Assembly: GCF_000281045.1 (NCBI RefSeq)
Contig: NW_008246100.1
Span: 339,013-388,221 of the forward strand
Length of the DNA stretch: 49,209 nucleotides
Direction of reading: 5' to 3'
From: Saprolegnia diclina VS20
Lineage: Eukaryota
Position 1 is the stretch's first letter; each line of letters begins with the position of its first letter. Shown piece by piece: positions 43,432 through 49,209 of this stretch. The translations under genes were made by a program, and so were the position numbers. The notes below the pieces were generated by a model. It searched no databases, was not told the origin of the DNA, and worked only from the letters and a program-made list of their open reading frames with translations.

Positions 43432-44035
43432 CGCGTCTACCGTCACCTCTCTCGCGCGGTCGCTGAAGTCGCTCCGTCGCTGGAATTAGCTTGTGGGGAG
43501 AAGACACAAGCCAAATGTATGGGGTGCTTGAAACCTCTCATACATAATATCTAAACCACATGCATTCCAAGAGGTTTCGACCCGTTTCCTGAGTTGCTCC
43601 GTCGAGCAACTTGATTCTGCTGCTTTCGAATTCCTTGTCGTCGTCCTTGGTCTTTTCATCAACAATCAAGTCACGTGTCTAGTGTACTAACTACAAAATC
43701 ATACCAAACTAACTAACTAACGCGTGGCCAAGATCCTGCGTCCAGGATACGTCCGTGTCGCAGACCGACTCGATATCTTTCTGACCCAACTGAAACAAGC
43801 CAAGGTACTCGGACCCTACCTCAGCTCTACTCGGGCTCTCATTGCTTTATTATATATGATCATTCACTGGAAGCTAGCCGATCGCAGGCTGCCACGGACG
43901 AGGCGACCACACTTGGAAATACCCCTAACCTCCGTCGCTGGCGGTTGAGATGCAACACATACATACACGTCAATCGTGGACGTTATACAACCGAGACGCA
44001 GGGATACACAAGCTATGCATTGGTGCGGCCAGTGG

Positions 44036-45209
44036 CTACGTCGACGCGCGGCTGGTCGAAGCTGCTGACGCGCGGTTCGAACGCTGTTTGTGGTTTTCAT
44101 ACTCTTGGTCGTCGGTGGGCAGCTCAAAGCGACAGACGGGGCAGGAGTTGTGCTATGCATATTCGTACATGGACTCGAAGGCAGAAGGATCATCCTACTT
44201 GGGCCAGCCAGGGCAAGATGCAGTCCGGATGAAAGTCGTGGGTGCAAGGCAGCCTTCGGATCTCGTCTTTGACGGCAAACATGTCCTTGCACACGGCGCA
44301 GTCCTGGTTCTTGGCCACGTCCTCCTACACGATGCATGCATGTGGCGTCCGCCATGATGCTTCACTGTAGTGTACCTCGGTGATGTGCACGACGGGCAGG
44401 CTCTCGACGACCGACTTGGAGGCGGGTGGCGCGCCATGCTATAGACGCGGTGGCTTCGTACGGCAAGGTTGACTGGCGCTGTACCTGGGTCGGGTCGTTT
44501 TGCATCAGGTGGTTGATGATGGTCGAGATGTTGCCAAAGGCGTAGTCGCCAATGGTCGCGGGGGCACCTTGCCCGGGTTGCATCTGGAGCATCGACCCGA
44601 TCGCGTTCAAGAGGCCCGAGCCGCCGATCGCGTTGCCACCCGAAATGTACACTTCGACGGGGCGGCCGCTGCCGGTGCGTGTGAAGATGCGGTTGCGCGT
44701 GGTACGGGCGGCGCCGTTGGACGTCGCCTCAAACAGCCTACGTCGTCCTTGAGCACACTCGTTTCGAGCGTTGTCGTCAGTAGCATACGGTCCTGCACGG
44801 CGCCCATCCTCTCGGCGAGGCAGCGCCTGTGCGTACGGTGCGTTTGCCTACAGAAGGTCCATGACATCCACCGACGTTGGATCGGTCCTTGAACCTCGAT
44901 CGACGCGGCGCGATCGGCATCCAGGCGCGCAGGCAGCTCCAGCCGGAACATGCCAGGAGGCGACGCGTCCTGCTCCTCGTCGCGCGGAGGCTCGGCCGTC
45001 GGCGGCACAAAGTTCTGGGGCCGGTCCGCAGCGTCCTGTTCCAGCTCCTCGACGAAGCAGCCGCCGCAGCCCTGGCACTCGAGCTCGTGCGACTCGACGT
45101 TGAAGATCGTCGCGACGTTGGACGCACACTCGTGGCACCAGTACGTTGGCGCTGCGGTCGGCGCCGTCTCGCGCGGCAAGGTCGCGTCGACGTCCGTGCT
45201 CGCGACCAT
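44036..45209 (-). CDS. RING-H2 E3 ubiquitin ligase, RNF115/RNF126-like, multi-exon
   Basis: N-terminal zinc ribbon YWCHEC..CQGCGGCFVEE, central GDYAFG, and RING CAVCKDMF..LPCTHDFHPDCILPWL..HNSCPVCRFELPTDD. Confidence 0.9.
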
Positions 45210-45939
45210 CGTGCTCTTGCTGGCAATGGGAATTCTGGGTAAAACCCGGCGTTTTGCCCTCAAAATAGACTGACTATCGGCGCATTTCATTCGCCCGTGC
45301 CACTTCCCATACAAACACCAAGCTTGTGGACAAGGGTCTTTCGGAATCCCACCGATTGCAAGCAGCCGTTGGAGGTTTAACCCACATCGTTTGTCCCACA
45401 CTCGACCGATCTTCTGCGCCGGCAACGACGCCATGCGAAGCACGAGAGAGATGCAACGCAGCAGATCAATGCGCGTGGTTGCCCAAGCAGACTGCTTCGC
45501 TCTGCCATTCCATCGCATCTCGTTGCTCCTTGCAAGCCATTTCATGGCGACCTTGCGGCTACATGCAGCAAATAAGGCAGGACGCTAGCTCGCCAACGAG
45601 ACCTTCAACATTGCGATAGAGGTGGCGCAAGTCCGACACGATTGCGCGGGACATGCCACGGACATATCGTGCTGCGCCAGGCGGCGTTGGAAAGGCCATG
45701 TCTACGAGGCGAGATTGCATTTTGCTGCAAGGTCGCTCGTCAAATGGGACCGACGAGGGTGGGACGCGCGGAGGCGAGTCATCCACGAACACGTCCCTGG
45801 CCACCCACAGCTCGGAGCAGCGCACCCAAGGATGGCCGTCAGTCTCGTCCAGTCCCATTCCGAGGTCGACGATCATCGTTGATGTTCCAATGTATCTTGG
45901 TCATTTGACAACCGGCATCGAACGGCGCCGACGTTTCCG

Positions 45940-48900
45940 ATGGGTCGCACCAGCTATGCCGAGGTGCAGACGCCCCAAGGCCTCGAGGCGGCAGCGACGA
46001 CGCATCCCGTCGAGTCGGCCAATCGCTTCTCGTTTGCGCTCATGCTCTGGATGGATGGCTTGATCCGCCGAGGCGCCAAGGAGCCGCTGCAAGAGAACGA
46101 CGTGTGGCTGCTGCCGAGCGGTGACACGGCGGCGGCCCTCAGCGCACGCTTCGCAGCCGAGTGGGCCATCGAGAAGACGCGCCCGACACCTCGCTTCCAC
46201 AAGGCGCTGTGGCGCACGGTGCGTCGCCGGCTCTATTGCACGCTCGGGCTCTACCTTCTCTACTCGTTCATCATGCTGCTGCAGCCGATCGTGATCAAGT
46301 CGCTTTTGCAGTTCATGCAAGGCAAGCCGACGTCGCTCGGGATCGAGTCGGGGTACGGCCTCGCGGCGCTGCTGACGGTTGTTTCGCTCGTTGCGGTGAC
46401 GATCATCGACTTTGGCCAGCTGCTCGCGTCCAACCTCGGCTGCAACGCCAAGACGATCATCATGGACGTCGTCTACCACAAGAGCCTCAAGCTCTCGGGC
46501 TTTGCAAAGCGCAGCATGTCCTCTGGCGAGATTGTCACCTTGTCCGGCGTCGACTCGGAGCGGCTTTTCGACGGCTTCCTCATCGGCCCATGGAGCCCGA
46601 CGGCGCCGATCTCGATCGCGGCCATCTTTGTCATGATCGGCTTTGAGCTCGGCTACGTCGTCGGGCTCGTCGGCTGCGCCTTCATGTACCTCATCCTGCT
46701 TCTCGGGTACCTCTCGGCCAAGACGGTCGGCGAGACGCGCCGGCGCCTTCTGAACGTGCAGTCCGAGCGCGTCAAGCTCACGAACGAGGTGCTCCAGGGC
46801 ATCCGCGTCGTCAAGATGTACGGCTGGGAGCGCGACCTCGAGGCGGCCATCGATCGCATTCGCGCGCAGGAGCTCGTGTTTCTCAAGGAGTACCACCGCC
46901 GACGCGTCTTCAACACGGCGGCGCTCTCGGTCGCACCGGCCATTTGTCTCGCCTTGTGTTTGCTCCTCTATGTCGCGCAAGGCAACACGCTCTCGCCCGA
47001 CAAAGCCTTCACGGTGCTCGCCTACATGAACGTCGCGCGGCTGCCGTGCTACAACTTTTCCAACGGCAGCCTCTTTGTGCAGGAGGCCATGACGTCCTGC
47101 GACCGCGTCGGCGCCTACTTGCTCGCGGACGAAGTTGCCGAGTCGATGCCGACGGGCGATGCGTGCGGCGAGGTGCCCGACGTGGCCATCACGGACGGTG
47201 ATTTTACGTGGCACGGAAGCCCGTCCACCGACGCCGACCCGTCGCTGCCGTTGACGCTGCGCAACATCCACCTCCACCTCGCCCCTGCCTCGCTCACCAT
47301 CGTCGTCGGCGCCGTCGGCAGCGGCAAGTCCAGCCTCGTCTCCGCTCTCCTCGGCGAGATCCACCAAGTACGCGGCACCCGCCACGTCACCGGCAACGTC
47401 GCCTACGTCAGCCAAGAGCCCTGGATCCAACACGACACGCTGCGCAACAACATCCTCTTTGCCGACGCCTTTGACGACACCAAGTACAACGCAGTGCTCT
47501 CGGCCTGCCAGCTCACGTCCGACTTGCGCATGCTGCCGGACGGCGACCGCACCGAGATTGGCGAGCGCGGTATCAACTTGAGTGGCGGCCAGAAGGCGCG
47601 CGTGAGTCTCGCCCGTGCCATGTACCGGACCGAGGCGGACATCTACTTGCTGGACGACCCGCTGAGCGCGCTGGACGTGCACGTGGCGGGCGCCGTGTTT
47701 CGGGACTGTGTGCAAGGTCTCTTGGCGAGCAAGACGACGCTATTGGTGCTCAACAGTCACTACCATCTGCTGCCGCACGCAGACCGTATCGTGGTTATGG
47801 TGGACGGTGCGATCGCGGCTGACGGACCGTTTGACATGGTGAAGGCGCAGTTTCCGGACCTCCAGAGCTTTGCAGAAGGCGAGGAAGAGACGAAGGCGAA
47901 AGACGCTGCTGACGCCAAGAGCCGTGCAACACCAGAGGCAGCCAAGCCGAGCGGTGATGGCAACCTCGTCGCCAAGGAAGATCGCGAAGTCGGGGCGGTG
48001 GCCACGAGCATTTACGCCACGTACCTCAGCTTTAGCGGCCACGGCCCGCTCTTTGTCTTTGCATCCGTCGGCGCCGCCTTTACGATCTCGCAGGCCGCGC
48101 TCGCGCTGCTGGATTGGTTCATGGGCCACTGGGCGAACACGCCGTCGATGGCTGGCGCGGTCTCTTCCGCGTGGATCTACGTGGGCATCATGCTCGGTGC
48201 GGTTGTGTTGATTTGCGGCCGCATTATCTACGGTCTCCTGCTCGTCATTCGCTGCTCCAAGACGCTCCACGAACGGCTGTTTGCCAAGGTCTTATCGGCG
48301 CCCGTCACGACCTTCTTTGACGTTGTGCCGGTTGGTCGGATCCTGAACCGGTTCTCGAGCGATCTCGACCAAGTCGACTCGCAGATCCCGTACTTTGGGC
48401 TCTTGTTTTTGCAATTTTTCTTCCAAAACCTCGCGGTTGTCGTGGTCTGCGCCGCGACGTCGCCGTACGTGCTGCCGCTGTATGTGCCCATCTTTTACGC
48501 GTTTTACAAGCTCCAAGCCTACTACAATTTGACGTCCGGCGAGCTCAAGCGCATGGACTCGACGTCGCGGTCGCCCGTCCTCAACACGATCTCGGAGACG
48601 ATCAACGGCCTCTCGACGATCCGCGCCTTCCGCATGAGCAGCGACTTTGCCGCCAAAAGCCGCGCGATTCTCGACAACAACTTGCGCTTCTTCTCGCTCT
48701 ATCGGACGTCATCGCGTTGGATGCAGATGCGCCTCGATTGGCTCTCGGTCGCCGTCATCGCCGGCGTCGCCTTCATCTCGGTCGCGTCGAGGAGCGTCGT
48801 TGGTGTCATCGCCGCCGGCCTCGCGATCACGTACGCAGCGCAAATGTCCGGCTTCCTCTCGCGCACGACCATGACGTACTCGTACGTTGAAAACACAATG

Positions 48901-49209
48901 ACATGCGTCGAGCGCCTCGAGCACTATGCGACCTTGCCAACCGAGGGTGACACCAAGCTCGTCACGGCAACCGTCGACGCGTCGTGGCCTGTGAAAGGCG
49001 TCGTCACCTTTGACCACTATGCGATGCGGTACCGCGACCACCTCGACCTCGTCCTCAAGGACGTGTCGTTCACCGTGCCGGCCGGCGCCAAGGTCGGCAT
49101 CTGCGGCCGCACCGGCTCGGGCAAGAGCTCGCTCATGGTCGCGCTCTTCCGCATGGTCGAGGCCGCCTCTGGTCGCATCCTCATCGACGGCGTCGACCTC
49201 GCCTCCATC
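45940..49209 (+). CDS. ABC transporter, subfamily C (MRP-like), intronless, 3'-partial
   Basis: Open frame from ATG 45940 to the window end, so absent from the ORF track. NBD1 has GAVGSGKS, LSGGQKAR and IYLLDD; TMD2 has FFDVVPVGRILNRFSSD; NBD2 has GRTGSGKS. Confidence 0.95.
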   Translation, partial: MGRTSYAEVQTPQGLEAAATTHPVESANRFSFALMLWMDGLIRRGAKEPLQENDVWLLPSGDTAAALSARFAAEWAIEKTRPTPRFHKALWRTVRRRLYCTLGLYLLYSFIMLLQPIVIKSLLQFMQGKPTSLGIESGYGLAALLTVVSLVAVTIIDFGQLLASNLGCNAKTIIMDVVYHKSLKLSGFAKRSMSSGEIVTLSGVDSERLFDGFLIGPWSPTAPISIAAIFVMIGFELGYVVGLVGCAFMYLILLLGYLSAKTVGETRRRLLNVQSERVKLTNEVLQGIRVVKMYGWERDLEAAIDRIRAQELVFLKEYHRRRVFNTAALSVAPAICLALCLLLYVAQGNTLSPDKAFTVLAYMNVARLPCYNFSNGSLFVQEAMTSCDRVGAYLLADEVAESMPTGDACGEVPDVAITDGDFTWHGSPSTDADPSLPLTLRNIHLHLAPASLTIVVGAVGSGKSSLVSALLGEIHQVRGTRHVTGNVAYVSQEPWIQHDTLRNNILFADAFDDTKYNAVLSACQLTSDLRMLPDGDRTEIGERGINLSGGQKARVSLARAMYRTEADIYLLDDPLSALDVHVAGAVFRDCVQGLLASKTTLLVLNSHYHLLPHADRIVVMVDGAIAADGPFDMVKAQFPDLQSFAEGEEETKAKDAADAKSRATPEAAKPSGDGNLVAKEDREVGAVATSIYATYLSFSGHGPLFVFASVGAAFTISQAALALLDWFMGHWANTPSMAGAVSSAWIYVGIMLGAVVLICGRIIYGLLLVIRCSKTLHERLFAKVLSAPVTTFFDVVPVGRILNRFSSDLDQVDSQIPYFGLLFLQFFFQNLAVVVVCAATSPYVLPLYVPIFYAFYKLQAYYNLTSGELKRMDSTSRSPVLNTISETINGLSTIRAFRMSSDFAAKSRAILDNNLRFFSLYRTSSRWMQMRLDWLSVAVIAGVAFISVASRSVVGVIAAGLAITYAAQMSGFLSRTTMTYSYVENTMTCVERLEHYATLPTEGDTKLVTATVDASWPVKGVVTFDHYAMRYRDHLDLVLKDVSFTVPAGAKVGICGRTGSGKSSLMVALFRMVEAASGRILIDGVDLASI

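Noticed and set aside
13328..45209. A ubiquitin gene cluster (ANK/F-box-like, SKP1, WWE, RING E3)
   Set aside because: The genes are interspersed with unrelated housekeeping genes and these classes are abundant, so co-location is not evidence of a system.
45901..47715. 604-aa minus-strand ORF
   Set aside because: Antisense shadow of the GC3-rich ABCC gene, with no motifs of its own.

Overview
Gene-dense eukaryotic DNA. It is GC-rich, with very short (about 41-55 nt) GT-AG introns and TCATTYN..WTTTNC core promoters. Together with the gene families present, this points to an oomycete, probably Saprolegniales (inference). Hand-splicing gives about 21 genes or gene relics, many fragmented or missing in the ORF track. 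Housekeeping genes: acyl-CoA synthetase (partial, with an N gap), HisC, SKP1, PP2A-A, a RING-H2 E3 ligase, an ABCC transporter (partial) and a probable MAU2. The most unusual features are: (1) an 11-exon, 1484-aa formin built as GOLD-RUN-GOLD-FYVE-FH2, with no FH1 and seven WH2-like helices inside FH2; (2) two paralogous ankyrin genes in which nearly every internal exon is exactly one repeat, all 30 introns are phase 0 and the tails differ, flanking an intronless ankyrin gene with no start codon and a dead PIF/Harbinger transposase; (3) a PH-START-START-TM protein ending in an E2 acyltransferase core that lacks its catalytic His; (4) a WGR-WWE-WGR-WWE protein with no PARP domain; (5) a hidden 64-aa two-exon microprotein ending in -SRL (PTS1); (6) an IF2 paralog lacking domain IV. 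All domain calls are by-eye motif recognition, not database results.
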